Part shown: one piece after another, positions 1 to 9,913 of the stretch
Layout of the letters: each line of letters begins with the position of its first letter
Numbering within the stretch: the stretch's first letter is position 1
NCBI GenBank assembly: GCA_965242625.1
Contig: CBDEST010000005.1
Location: 1,773,632-1,837,631, forward strand
Length of the DNA stretch: 64,000 nt
Direction of reading: 5' to 3'
Source of the DNA: Bryobacterales bacterium
GTDB lineage: Bacteria; Acidobacteriota; Terriglobia; Bryobacterales; UBA6623
Translations under genes and position numbers: made by a program
Notes under the pieces: model-generated
Database searches by the model: none
What the model was told of the DNA's origin: nothing
Seen by the model: the letters and a program-made list of their open reading frames with translations, nothing else

Positions 1-288
1 CGACGCGTACCTGGCCCGCCCGCCACAGCCGGGGCTCGCCCGCTGCGGCGAGCGCCGGCGGTACAGGGGAAGGTGCCGCGCGAGCGTCATCTGGCCCACT
101 CCTAAAGGGCTGCCAGCAGCTCCGTGGACTCTGCGCACCGCTGCCCGAAGTTTTCCTTATGGCATGACACGGCCCCGATAGAGCGCTGACCGCAACGGAA
201 GTGACAGACCCGCAGACCGCCGGGCGGATCGGACATTCAAATTTCGCTCCGACACGAGAGGCGACAGTCTTGACAATCGCACATACGT

Positions 289-651
289 TTGGGACGATGC
301 CACACAGTGCCCATACTGAGACCCGAGCATGAGTATCATCGATCGTCGTTCGTGCCGTTAGCCGAGTGGGCGGCAACGCGGCTCGGCAATGCCGCTGAGT
401 GTTTGTGGCCCTACGGCTGGACGGACGATGATCGCTATTCCGGCTACGCCCTGATCCGGCCAGCTACCGGAGACAGCTACGGACTCAAGCTCCTCGCCCG
501 CGAGTTCGATCTGCCTGCCCCACTTCGGACGATGGCGGCAAAGCTCCCGGAGGTTGCGGAACACTCGGACCAGCCGCCGCTCAGACGGGCGGCCGTTCGC
601 CGTGCCGAAGCCCACGACCGCCGAGGGACGCTGGAGGGCGTGCCTCTATGA
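289..651 (+). CDS. hypothetical protein
   Basis: ORF 289-651; an internal ATG at 330 gives MSIIDRRSFVPLAEW.... Its stop overlaps the start of the next ORF (ATGA at 648-651), suggesting coupling. No recognisable motif. Confidence 0.25.
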   Translation: MGRCHTVPILRPEHEYHRSSFVPLAEWAATRLGNAAECLWPYGWTDDDRYSGYALIRPATGDSYGLKLLAREFDLPAPLRTMAAKLPEVAEHSDQPPLRRAAVRRAEAHDRRGTLEGVPL

Positions 652-1031
652 CGCCATTGCTACGGGCCCTGCTCAATCTCTATCTGCTCGCCATGATACC
701 CGTGATCGCCGGAGTAGTCGTCTGGCGATGGAAGCGCGGCTACCACCTGTGGGATATGCTCCCCGATGGAGTCGTGCTCGCATACCTCGCTCCCTTCGCC
801 GGTAAGCTCGCACTGGAGCGGAACAGTGGCACCGAGTTCAGTGCTTTGGACTGGTCCGGATTGGCGGCCGCTGCCTTAAGTGCTTTGGTGCTGGTACTGG
901 ACCGGACTAGCGCTCATCGAATGGCGCTCCGATTGTGGATCGGCGATGGCTTGCCATGGGCCGATGCGCTCGCCGTTGCGAAAGAGATTAACGCGAAGGC
1001 CAAGGCGGCCATCCGCAAGAAGAAATCGTGA
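648..1031 (+). CDS. small integral membrane protein, hypothetical
   Basis: 127-aa ORF with hydrophobic stretches (LLRALLNLYLLAMIPVIAGVVVW, VVLAYLAPFAG, LAAAALSALVLVL) and a basic tail (KAKAAIRKKKS). Its start overlaps the upstream stop. Confidence 0.4.
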   Translation: MTPLLRALLNLYLLAMIPVIAGVVVWRWKRGYHLWDMLPDGVVLAYLAPFAGKLALERNSGTEFSALDWSGLAAAALSALVLVLDRTSAHRMALRLWIGDGLPWADALAVAKEINAKAKAAIRKKKS

Positions 1032-1306
1032 GCGACAGCTGAGTAGGGAAGCGATCAATGCGGTCGGCACGATCACCAATGGCGCGATCACGGCCGTCAT
1101 TGCCGCCGCAGTTCCGATCTTGGCACTGATCTATATCTTGTACGCCCGCGAGAGGGATGCATCGAACAAGGGTTGGTAGCGAATCGACGATGAGATCGCT
1201 CGTATCCATACAGACATGGAAAGACTGCGATCTGGTATGGAGGGCCTGAATACCACCCTCCGGGTCGAGCAGTCCAGACGAAGGGGGAACGACGATGCCC
1301 AGTTAC

Positions 1307-1788
1307 GAGACAACATGACGCCGAGAGGCGGTCGAGACAGCCGCTGCGCGAAAAGACTATGTGAAACAAGGCCTTTGGGATGAGTTGGACATCCGGCGGA
1401 GTGCGACAGGCGGCCAGCGACCGTGTTAATGATTTCGGCGGCCGAGAGCTAGGATGGGGCCACCGAGGAGTGCAGTAGGGGATCGGTTCCGGGCAAGCGC
1501 GCAACTCCAGGCTACCGCGCCGGGTATGCGCAAACGGTGTCCGCGCGGGTGGCTTCGTGGCGGTCAGTCGGCTGGGATCACGATTCGCATAGGTAAGGCA
1601 TAGCGTTCGGCGAGGGCGCACTCGCCCGCGACCGAGGTCTTGGTGCCCCGAATCTGCCGCCAGCAGGCCGATCCGCCGCGACCGAACGATCCGATCAAGG
1701 CTGATCAGGGATTCCAATAGCATCCGCACTCGCGCTCAAGAGCCAAGAATCCTTATCATTCTCAACTGGCCAGAGGTCATGTCCTCTG
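1307..1788 (+). mobile_element. MITE-like non-autonomous element, copy A (482 bp)
   Basis: 13-bp terminal inverted repeats GAGACAACATGAC (1307-1319) and GTCATGTCCTCTG (1776-1788). A perfect 6-bp direct repeat AGTTAC flanks both ends (1301-1306 and 1789-1794). Homologous over its length to 10321-10773 (inverted) and 47982-48433. The only ORFs across it are high-GC read-through. Confidence 0.75.
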
Positions 1789-2185
1789 AGTTACAAGAGT
1801 CCGCGACTCTCGGGCCGTCCGGGACCGCCCGAACGAGCCCGAGGCGGCAAGCCAGCCCACCGCGAGGATCGCTTGACGCGACCTTCCGGCCGATTGGAAC
1901 ATTGGTCACTCCACCGCCCAGAGGAGCGCGGGGAGCTCGTAGTGCAGGGCGATCCTGTTAGGAACAGGTTGTGCTGGTGTACGCCCTCGGGCAAGGTCAC
2001 AACCGAATCTCCAGGCGCGCCCTCGTCGGCCACCCGTCTCGGAGCACCGGGGCGCGACCACCACGGCTTCGTGCGGGTCGTCAGGTACTTGGGCAGCAAC
2101 ATAGTCTGTATAATCGGTTAATTCCTGCGGGGCGAGAGACGGTGAGCATAGGCCATGGTAGATTCCGACGCGTCTGGAGCAATGC

Positions 2186-5161
2186 ATGATCGCCGGACCG
2201 CTCGGCAAAGTACTTGAAGCCACTGGGTACTTGGTGAACGGCCAAGCAGCTGCGCCCAGCGTAGGACTGGCCGACTCCGGTACGCATGCCCGCCTCCCTT
2301 CTTTCAAGCCCGATGCTTGGTGGCGAGGCAACATCGATGCAAACAGCGGGGGGACCGGCGGCCCCACCGTCTACTTCAAGTACGCACGTGAACCCCAAGA
2401 CCCCCACGTGGCCGACTGGCAGAGGGAAGTCTGGAACCAAGGGTCGTCACCGCTGCTGTGGGTGGTCTCTCCGGAGCGGACCGCACTGTACAACGGCTTC
2501 GGTGAACCCCGCCCGGCAGCAGAGGCCCATGCGAATCGGCTTGACACCTTTCAGCACGTTGAGCGGGACTTGGCGCGGCTCGACGCACGCGCTGGTCGCC
2601 TCGCAATGGAAACGGGCCACTTTTGGGCCCAAGAAAAACGTGTTGATCGGGAGGACAGGGTCGACAGTCGCTTGTTGCGGGACCTGCAGCTCCTCGAGAG
2701 CACATTGCTCAGTTTCAATCTTGAGCAAGGCCAAGCCCAGGCTCTGATCGGTCGATGCATATTCGCCCAGTACCTTATCGACCGCAAGATCGTGACCGGC
2801 GATCAGCTGAGCGGACTGTGCGGTCAGTCCACCCTGCCGGACGTGTTATCCGACCGAGCGACGACCGAACGCCTGTTCGCATGGCTGTCCGAGAAGTTCA
2901 ACGGCGACATGTTTCCCCCCGAGGCGGCGTCTCTACCTGACTCGCAGCATATTGAATTGGTAGCGAGGTTCCTGCGAGGGGAGGATCTAGAGTCCGGCCA
3001 GCTGCACTTCTTCCCGTATCGCTTCGACGTGATTCCGGTCGAACTCGTCAGCGCCATCTACGAGCAATTCGTGCATTCGGCCAGCGAGGGTGCAACCGGT
3101 GCGAAGCCGGCCCGTAGCCGAGGCGTGTTCTACACACCGCTAGCTGCCGTCTCGCTAGTGCTCGACGAGGTATGCGCTGGTCTGACCGGCGACGAAACAG
3201 TCCTGGACCTGTCCTGCGGGTCTGGTGTGTTCCTCATTGAGGCCTTGCGACGGCTGGTGCAGGCCAAGGCCCGCGGCGGCGCCTTGAGCCGCTCAGCGAT
3301 CCGGCAGGCCCTGTACAACCAAATCTACGGCGTCGACATCGAAGAAGCCGCCGTACGCGTCGCAGCGTTCAGCTTGTATCTGGCGGCCATGGAACTCGAT
3401 CCCCAGCCGCAACAGCTCGATGACATCCAGTTCGAACCACTGCGCGACAGGACGCTGCTCGTGGGCAATGCCCGGACCATTGAAAGCACACCCGCCGGAA
3501 AGAAGATCTTGACTCGCGGCGGGGAGTTGAAAAAGTTCGACATCATCGTGGGCAATCCGCCGTGGAGCTACCAAGGGAGGGCTGGAACGGCCGATCGTCG
3601 GGAGGCGATGGCAGGAAAGCCGCTCCAATCGCGCGGCCAGAGCCTTGATTTTGTGGCACGGGGCAGGGAATTCGCGCACGACCGAACTCGGTTCGGGATG
3701 GTGCTGAGCGCAACGCCGTTCTTCAGCCTCAGCAGCACCACCATGGAGGCCGTGTGGCAGACCGTCGAGGAGCTTGCACCAGTGACACTGGTTAATCTCT
3801 CCGACCTCTCGAAGTGGTTGTTCCCGCGGGCGAACATGCCGGCAATCGTCCTTCTCGCACGCCATCGCGACCGGCCCAAGCATCGCATGACGCTCGTCCA
3901 GGCTCACTGGTCGCCCGCCGGAGAGAGAAGCCGCACGATCGAACTCTCGCCAAACGACGTCGTCACGTTGCCGATCGCTAGTTGGAAGCGCTGTTCTGGA
4001 CTATTCAAAGCGGCATTCGTCGGGCGCAAGCCGGATCTGCTGCTCTTGGATCGCATGGTGGAGAGACATCAATCCTTGGGCGCACGACTCAAGGATCTGG
4101 GTACTCGACTGAGGGTCGGGCTGACGTTCGGTAATCGCAGCCGTGACGCCTCGTTTCTGAAGGGCCTGCCATTCGCCCGGAAAGATGACATTGGGCCGTT
4201 CTCAGTTTCAATCGACGAATTGCCTGCGTTCAGCGACGACGAAGCGGAGCGCCCGCGGGGCCGCGGCATCTACCGTGCGCCGCTGCTTCTCGTGAATGAG
4301 TTCTTACGGCAAGTGCCGCTTCCCAGGATCGTCGTGGCTGTCGCGGAGCGAGACGTTGCATACACGAGTGCCATCTTTGGTGCCTCTTTCGCTCATTCGC
4401 AGTCGGAGATCGCGTACCTCGTCGCCGGCATTCTTGGTTCAGCGATGGCATCGTGGTACCTGCTGATGGCTGGGTCGACGTTAGGTCTGTGGATGCAGAG
4501 ACTAAGGCCGAACGAGATCAATGAAATGCCCGTGCCCGCGCTCGAGCCAAGCGTCGCGTCAGACGCGGGCCAGCGCGTGATTCGACTTGTGCGCGACTTC
4601 CATCGACGGCCGCCCGGTTCTGATGGGTGGAAGGAACTTGATGAAGCCGCGTTCGATCTCTACGGGCTCGATGACGAGGACCGCATCGTCATTCGCGACG
4701 GCCTGTTGCGAGCCAGTTGGCAGTGGAAGGAAGGTCTGAGTCGATCCGTCGAGCCAGTCGGCGTGAACGAACTTCAGACCTATGCGCGAGCCTTCCTCAC
4801 TTCGATGGATGCCTGGTTCTCCGCAACGAACGACATGCGCATGCGCGCACAAATCTACGACCTACCAGCAGACGTATCGCACCGCGTCGTGCGGTTCGTA
4901 CTGGAGGAGCGCCAATATCCGTCCGTGGACGAGGTTGTCCGGCCCAATGGTTCGCTACAGGCCCTGCTAGGTGAGATCAGTGCGCGAACCCAGGTAAACG
5001 TCGAGAACGGGTTAGTCGGCAATCGAGCCCTGCGAGTTCATGCCCACGACGAAGTATCGATCATCAAGCCGGCGGCCCTCCGGCACTGGCTGGGGGTTTG
5101 CGGCTTGGAAGATGCAGGTGCGGTTGTCAGAGACAGCGTGCGCAACCCGGAGTCAGCTTGA
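2186..5161 (+). CDS. large gamma-class N6-adenine DNA methyltransferase (MmeI/PglX-like architecture, no obvious fused nuclease)
   Basis: 991-aa ORF. Motifs read in the translation: FYTP (motif X), VLDLSCGSGVFLIEALRRL (SAM-binding motif I), YGVDIEEAAVRVAAFSLYL and IIVGNPPWSY (catalytic NPPW). A helical region (FAQYLIDRKIV ... FNGDMFP) resembles the spacer domain of type IIG/IIL and BREX PglX enzymes. The ~450-aa C-terminal half could be a target-recognition region. Confidence 0.85.
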   Translation: MIAGPLGKVLEATGYLVNGQAAAPSVGLADSGTHARLPSFKPDAWWRGNIDANSGGTGGPTVYFKYAREPQDPHVADWQREVWNQGSSPLLWVVSPERTALYNGFGEPRPAAEAHANRLDTFQHVERDLARLDARAGRLAMETGHFWAQEKRVDREDRVDSRLLRDLQLLESTLLSFNLEQGQAQALIGRCIFAQYLIDRKIVTGDQLSGLCGQSTLPDVLSDRATTERLFAWLSEKFNGDMFPPEAASLPDSQHIELVARFLRGEDLESGQLHFFPYRFDVIPVELVSAIYEQFVHSASEGATGAKPARSRGVFYTPLAAVSLVLDEVCAGLTGDETVLDLSCGSGVFLIEALRRLVQAKARGGALSRSAIRQALYNQIYGVDIEEAAVRVAAFSLYLAAMELDPQPQQLDDIQFEPLRDRTLLVGNARTIESTPAGKKILTRGGELKKFDIIVGNPPWSYQGRAGTADRREAMAGKPLQSRGQSLDFVARGREFAHDRTRFGMVLSATPFFSLSSTTMEAVWQTVEELAPVTLVNLSDLSKWLFPRANMPAIVLLARHRDRPKHRMTLVQAHWSPAGERSRTIELSPNDVVTLPIASWKRCSGLFKAAFVGRKPDLLLLDRMVERHQSLGARLKDLGTRLRVGLTFGNRSRDASFLKGLPFARKDDIGPFSVSIDELPAFSDDEAERPRGRGIYRAPLLLVNEFLRQVPLPRIVVAVAERDVAYTSAIFGASFAHSQSEIAYLVAGILGSAMASWYLLMAGSTLGLWMQRLRPNEINEMPVPALEPSVASDAGQRVIRLVRDFHRRPPGSDGWKELDEAAFDLYGLDDEDRIVIRDGLLRASWQWKEGLSRSVEPVGVNELQTYARAFLTSMDAWFSATNDMRMRAQIYDLPADVSHRVVRFVLEERQYPSVDEVVRPNGSLQALLGEISARTQVNVENGLVGNRALRVHAHDEVSIIKPAALRHWLGVCGLEDAGAVVRDSVRNPESA

Positions 5162-5838
5162 TGTTCGATCAACCCTCGCGCTCAATCTTCATGGGACGGA
5201 CGTTCCTCAACATCCACAGAGCGCGATGCGACGCCATCCTGCAACTGCTCGACGAGGGGTGGAGACGAGTTTCGGAGTGTCCAGAGGTCAATCCAGCTGC
5301 GGGCGAGGTAGAGATCACGGAGCGCTTGCGAGACAGGTTGCGGAAGGTTCTGGCGGACGAAGTTGCGAGGTGGGGGAAGAGTATATGGGTGTTGCCAGGA
5401 ACGGAGTCGCGTTCGACGCCAAGTGCTCGGCGACCGGACGGGCTCACGGACATACCAATCGCGTTCACTGAGATCCGGGAGGAATACGACGAGCACGACC
5501 CGCACGCGATCATCGAGTGCAAGCGCATCGCAGGAGGTCGCAAGGATCTCTGTCGTCTGTATGTGGTAGAAGGCATCGACCGATTCAAGACGGGCAAGTA
5601 CGCGGGCAGCCATGTGGTCGGCTTCATGGCTGGGTACCTGCTCTCTGACGGCCCGCAGTGTGCGACGCACGGCGTCAACCGCTACTTGACTTGCAAGGGG
5701 CGCCAAGGGGAGCGCCTGCAATCTTGTACGATTCGCGACGAGCCTTGGGTGCGAAGCAGCGTTCATCGGCGTCTGAACGCGATGGTGCCGATCACGCTCC
5801 ATCACGCGTTCTTGAGTTTCTGTCTCACACCACCCTGA
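5161..5838 (+). CDS. PD-(D/E)XK-type nuclease-like protein, partner of the upstream methyltransferase
   Basis: ATG at 5161 overlaps the MTase TGA (5159-5161). The translation contains RPDGLTDIPIAF ... DPHAIIECKRIAG, which fits a D ... E-x-K restriction-endonuclease core. Confidence 0.6.
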   Translation: MFDQPSRSIFMGRTFLNIHRARCDAILQLLDEGWRRVSECPEVNPAAGEVEITERLRDRLRKVLADEVARWGKSIWVLPGTESRSTPSARRPDGLTDIPIAFTEIREEYDEHDPHAIIECKRIAGGRKDLCRLYVVEGIDRFKTGKYAGSHVVGFMAGYLLSDGPQCATHGVNRYLTCKGRQGERLQSCTIRDEPWVRSSVHRRLNAMVPITLHHAFLSFCLTPP

Positions 5839-6260
5839 CGCTGACTGGGACAACCGAGGCCAGCCAGTGGCAATCGACCGGTTTGCGGACGGCCGCCCAG
5901 CCCAGCGTCAATTCAGGATGTCGAGCAAGCGCGTAGGCGCACCTCCCGTCATCATCCGACGGACCTGCTCGGGTTGGTCGTTCTGGAACGGGAGGCGGAT
6001 CGTGGACGGCACGGTGTCGTTTTACGCGTCCGAGCAGGCAACGACAGGGAAGGTTTTAGATGGACGCAGGCAGTCCGGTAGCGGGGAGGTGCATCATCGT
6101 CGGCCGCCCGTCTCCCAGCACTGGAGTGCGACCACCACGGGTTCGTGCAGGTCGTCAGGTACTCTGGGGGCAACGAAGTCTGTCATAATTGGTTCGTTCC
6201 TGCGGGGTGAGAGACGGTGAGCATAGGCCATGGTAGATTCCGACGCGTCTGGAGCAATGC

Positions 6261-9200
6261 ATGATCGCCGGACCGCTCGGCAAAGTACTTGAAGCCACTG
6301 GGTACTTGGTGAACGGCCAAGGAGCTGCGCCCAGCGTTGGGCTGGCCGACTCCGGCACGCATGCCCGCCTTCATTCGTTTGAGCCCGATGCTTGGTGGCG
6401 AGGCAATATCGATGCAAACAGTGGGGGGACCGGCGGCCCCACCGTCTATTTCAAGTACGCACGTGAACCCCAAGACTCCCACGTGGCCGACTGGCAGAGG
6501 GAGGTCTGGAACCAAGGGTCGTCCCCGCTGCTGTGGGTGGTCTCTCCCGAGCGGACCGCACTGTACAACGGCTTCGGTGAACCACGACCGGCAGCAGAGG
6601 CCCAAGCGAATCGGCTTGACACCTTCCAGCACGTTGAGCGGGACTTGGCGCGGCTCGACGCACGCGCTGGTCGCCTCGCAATGGAAACGGGCCACTTTTG
6701 GTCCCAAGAAAAACGTGTCGATCGGAAGACTCGGGTGGACAGTCGCTTGTTGCGGGACCTGCAGCTCCTCGAGAGCACGTTGCTCAGATCCGATCTCGCC
6801 CGAGACCAAGCTCAGGCTCTGATCGGCCGATGCATATTCGCCCAGTACCTCGTCGACTGCAAGATCGTGACCAGTGATCAACTGAGTGGACTGTGCGGTC
6901 AGTCCACACTGCCGGACTTGTTATCCGACCGAGCGGGAACCGAGAGCCTGTTCGCATGGTTGTCCGAGAAGTTCAATGGCGACATGTTTCCCCCCGAGGC
7001 GACATCCGTACCTGACTCGCAGCATATTGAATTGGTAGCGAGTTTCCTGCGAGGGGAGGATCTAGAGACCGGCCAGCTGCACTTCTTCCCATATCGCTTC
7101 GACGTGATTCCGGTCGAACTCGTCAGTGCCATCTACGAGCAATTCGTGCATTCGGCCAGCGCGGATGCAACGGGTGCGAAGCCGGCCCGTAGCCGAGGTC
7201 TGTGCTACACGTCGCTAGCGGCTGTCTCGCTAGTGCTCGACGAGGTCTGCGATGGTTTGGCCGGCGACGAAACAGTCCTGGACCTGTCCTGCGGGTCTGG
7301 TGTGTTCCTCATCGAGGCCTTGCGACGGCTGGTGCAGGCCAAGGCCCGCGGCGGCGCCTTGAGCCGCTCAGCGATCCGGCAGGCCCTGTACAACCAAATC
7401 TACGGCGTCGACATCGAAGAAGCCGCCGTGCGCGTCGCAGCGTTCAGCTTGTATCTGGCGGCTATGGAACTCGATCCCCAGCCGCAACAGCTCGATGACA
7501 TCCAGTTCGAACCGTTGCGCGACAGGACGCTGCTCGTGGGCAGTGCCCGGAACGTTGAGAGAACATCCGCTGGACAGAGGGCCTTGACTCGCGGCGGGGA
7601 ATTGAAAAAGTTCGACATCATCGTGGGCAATCCGCCGTGGACCTACCGAGAGAGGGCTGGGACGGTGACCCGCCGGGACGCCATCCCGGGAAAGCCGCTG
7701 CAATCGCGGGGCCAAGGCCTTGCTTTTGTGGCACGGGGCAGGGAATTCGCGCACGACCGGACTCGGTTCGGGATGGTGCTGAGCGCAACGCCGTTCTTCA
7801 GCCTCAGCAGCACCACCATGGAGGCCGTGTGGCAGACCGTCGAGGAGCTTGCACCGGTGACACTGGTTAATCTCTCCGCCCTCTCGAAGTGGTTGATCCC
7901 GCGGGCGAACATGCCGGCAATCGTCCTTCTCGCACGCCATCGCGATCGGCCCAAGCATCGCATGACGCTCGTCCAGGCTCACTGGTCGCATGCCGGAGAG
8001 CGAAGCCGCACGATCGAACTCTCGCCAAACGACGTCGTCACGTTGCCGATCGCTAGTTGGAAGCGCTGTTCCGGACTATTCAAAGCGGCATTCGTCGGGC
8101 AAAAGCCGGATCTGCTGCTCTTGGACCAGCTCGTGGAGGATCATAAGCCCTTGGGGGTGCAACTCAAGAATCTGGGTACTCAACTGAGGGCCGGGTTGAC
8201 ATTCGGTAATCGCAGTCGGGACGCCACGTTTCTGAAGGGGTTGCCATTCGCCCGGAGAGACGCCACCGGGCCGTTCTCATTGGAGATCGACGAACTGCCT
8301 GCGTTCAGCGACGACCGAGCGGAGCGCCCCCGGAACCGCGGCATCTACCGTGCGCCGCTGCTTCTCGTGAATGAGTTTGTACGGCAAGTGCCGCTTCCCA
8401 GGATCGTCGTGGCTGTCGCGGAGCGAGACGTTGTATACACAAGTGCCATATTCGGTGCCTCTTTCGCTCGTTCGCAGTTGGAGATCGCGTACCTCGTCGC
8501 CGGCATTCTTGGTTCAGCGATGGCATCGTGGTACGTGCTGATGACTGGGTCTACGTTAGGACTGTGGATGCAGCGACTAAGGCCGAACGAGATCAATAGA
8601 ATTCCGGTGCCCCCGCTCGAACCGAGCGTCGAGTCAGGCGCGGGTCAGCGCGTGATGCGACTTGTTCGCGACTTCCATCGACAGCCGCCCGGTCCCGATG
8701 AGTGGAAGGCACTCGATGCAGCCGTGTTCGATCTCTACAGGCTGGATGACGAGGACCGCATGGTCGTTCGCGACGGCCTGTTGCGGGCCAGTTGGCAGTG
8801 GAAGGAAGGGCGGAGTAGATCCGTCGAACCAGTCGGTGTGAACGAGCTTCAGACCTATGCGCGAGCCTTCCTTACTTCGATGGACGTATGGTTCTCCGCA
8901 TTGAACCGGAGGCGCATGCGCGCAATAATTTACGACCTTCCAGAAGGTGCGACTCACCGTGTCGTTCGGTTCGTAGTGGAGGACCGGCCGGGTCCATCCG
9001 TGTGCGAGGTCAGCGAGGCCCAACGCCCGTTGCGGTCCGTGCTAGCGGAGATTAGCGCCCGAACGGAAGCAGATGTCGTGAATGCGTTAGTTGGAAAGAG
9101 AGAACTGCGCGTTCACTCCCACGACGAAGTGTCGCTCATCAAGCCAGCGGCCCTCCGGCATTGGCTGGGAGTTTGCGGCTTGGAGGATGCGGGCTTGGTA

Positions 9201-9428
9201 GTCAGAGACGGCGCGCGAGACATGGGGTCGACTTCATGTATGACCGCCCCTCGCAGCCACTCGTGGCGGGACGGAAGCACTTCGACATCGGCCCAGAACG
9301 ACATGCCTTCGTTCTCCAGCTACTCGATGACAGGTGGGTACGATCTTCCGAGGGTCGAGGGGTCAATCCAGGAGTGGGCGAAGCAGAGATCACGGAGTGC
9401 TTGCGAGACAGCACGCAAGAGGTCCTGA
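6261..9428 (+). CDS. N6-adenine DNA methyltransferase, tandem paralog of 2186-5161
   Basis: Same motifs as the first copy (LDLSCGSGVFL, IVGNPPWTY) and roughly 85-90% aa identity by eye. The homologous end is near 9235. The ancestral TGA is lost (TTCATG instead of TTGATG), so the ORF runs 64 extra codons out of frame over the nuclease gene to 9428. Confidence 0.8.
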   Translation: MIAGPLGKVLEATGYLVNGQGAAPSVGLADSGTHARLHSFEPDAWWRGNIDANSGGTGGPTVYFKYAREPQDSHVADWQREVWNQGSSPLLWVVSPERTALYNGFGEPRPAAEAQANRLDTFQHVERDLARLDARAGRLAMETGHFWSQEKRVDRKTRVDSRLLRDLQLLESTLLRSDLARDQAQALIGRCIFAQYLVDCKIVTSDQLSGLCGQSTLPDLLSDRAGTESLFAWLSEKFNGDMFPPEATSVPDSQHIELVASFLRGEDLETGQLHFFPYRFDVIPVELVSAIYEQFVHSASADATGAKPARSRGLCYTSLAAVSLVLDEVCDGLAGDETVLDLSCGSGVFLIEALRRLVQAKARGGALSRSAIRQALYNQIYGVDIEEAAVRVAAFSLYLAAMELDPQPQQLDDIQFEPLRDRTLLVGSARNVERTSAGQRALTRGGELKKFDIIVGNPPWTYRERAGTVTRRDAIPGKPLQSRGQGLAFVARGREFAHDRTRFGMVLSATPFFSLSSTTMEAVWQTVEELAPVTLVNLSALSKWLIPRANMPAIVLLARHRDRPKHRMTLVQAHWSHAGERSRTIELSPNDVVTLPIASWKRCSGLFKAAFVGQKPDLLLLDQLVEDHKPLGVQLKNLGTQLRAGLTFGNRSRDATFLKGLPFARRDATGPFSLEIDELPAFSDDRAERPRNRGIYRAPLLLVNEFVRQVPLPRIVVAVAERDVVYTSAIFGASFARSQLEIAYLVAGILGSAMASWYVLMTGSTLGLWMQRLRPNEINRIPVPPLEPSVESGAGQRVMRLVRDFHRQPPGPDEWKALDAAVFDLYRLDDEDRMVVRDGLLRASWQWKEGRSRSVEPVGVNELQTYARAFLTSMDVWFSALNRRRMRAIIYDLPEGATHRVVRFVVEDRPGPSVCEVSEAQRPLRSVLAEISARTEADVVNALVGKRELRVHSHDEVSLIKPAALRHWLGVCGLEDAGLVVRDGARDMGSTSCMTAPRSHSWRDGSTSTSAQNDMPSFSSYSMTGGYDLPRVEGSIQEWAKQRSRSACETARKRS

Positions 9429-9913
9429 AGGGACACTTCGCCAAGTGGCGGAAGAAAATATGGGTACTGCCGGGAACGCAGTCGCATTCGGCACCAAGTG
9501 CTCTGCGACCAGACGGGATAACGGATATACCAATCGCGTTCACCGATATCCGCGAGGAAGACGACGACCACGACCCGCACGCGATCACCGAGTGCAAGCG
9601 CATTGCAGGAAGTCGCAAGGATCTCTGTCGTCTGTATGTCGTCGAAGGCCTCCATCGCTTCAAGACGGGCAAGTACGCGGGCAGCCATGTGGTCGGCTTC
9701 ATGGCTGGGTACCTGCTCTCTGACGGCCCGCAGAGTGCGGCGCAGGGAATCAACGGCTACTTGACTGGCAAGGGGCGTCGCGAGGAGCACTTGCAATCTT
9801 GTACGATTCGCGATGAACCTTGGGCGCGAAGCAGCGTTCATGAGCGTCCGACGCTGAATGTGCCGATCACGCTCCATCACGGGTTCTTGAGTTTTCGGCT
9901 CGCACCATCCTGA
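9236..9913 (+). CDS. PD-(D/E)XK-type nuclease-like protein, paralog of 5161-5838
   Basis: MYDRPSQPLVAG... aligns with MFDQPSRSIFMG.... It conserves RPDGITDIPIAF ... DPHAITECKRIAG. Confidence 0.6.
   Translation: MYDRPSQPLVAGRKHFDIGPERHAFVLQLLDDRWVRSSEGRGVNPGVGEAEITECLRDSTQEVLKGHFAKWRKKIWVLPGTQSHSAPSALRPDGITDIPIAFTDIREEDDDHDPHAITECKRIAGSRKDLCRLYVVEGLHRFKTGKYAGSHVVGFMAGYLLSDGPQSAAQGINGYLTGKGRREEHLQSCTIRDEPWARSSVHERPTLNVPITLHHGFLSFRLAPS

Noticed and set aside
1307-1788. Interpreting the ~450-480-bp repeat (three copies) as group II intron domain I-III RNA, or as a protein-coding family because long similar ORFs cross it.
   Set aside because: It has 13-bp terminal inverted repeats and copy-specific 5-6-bp target duplications, and one copy interrupts a sequence that is contiguous elsewhere. 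That is MITE behaviour. The ORFs are conserved only because the DNA is.
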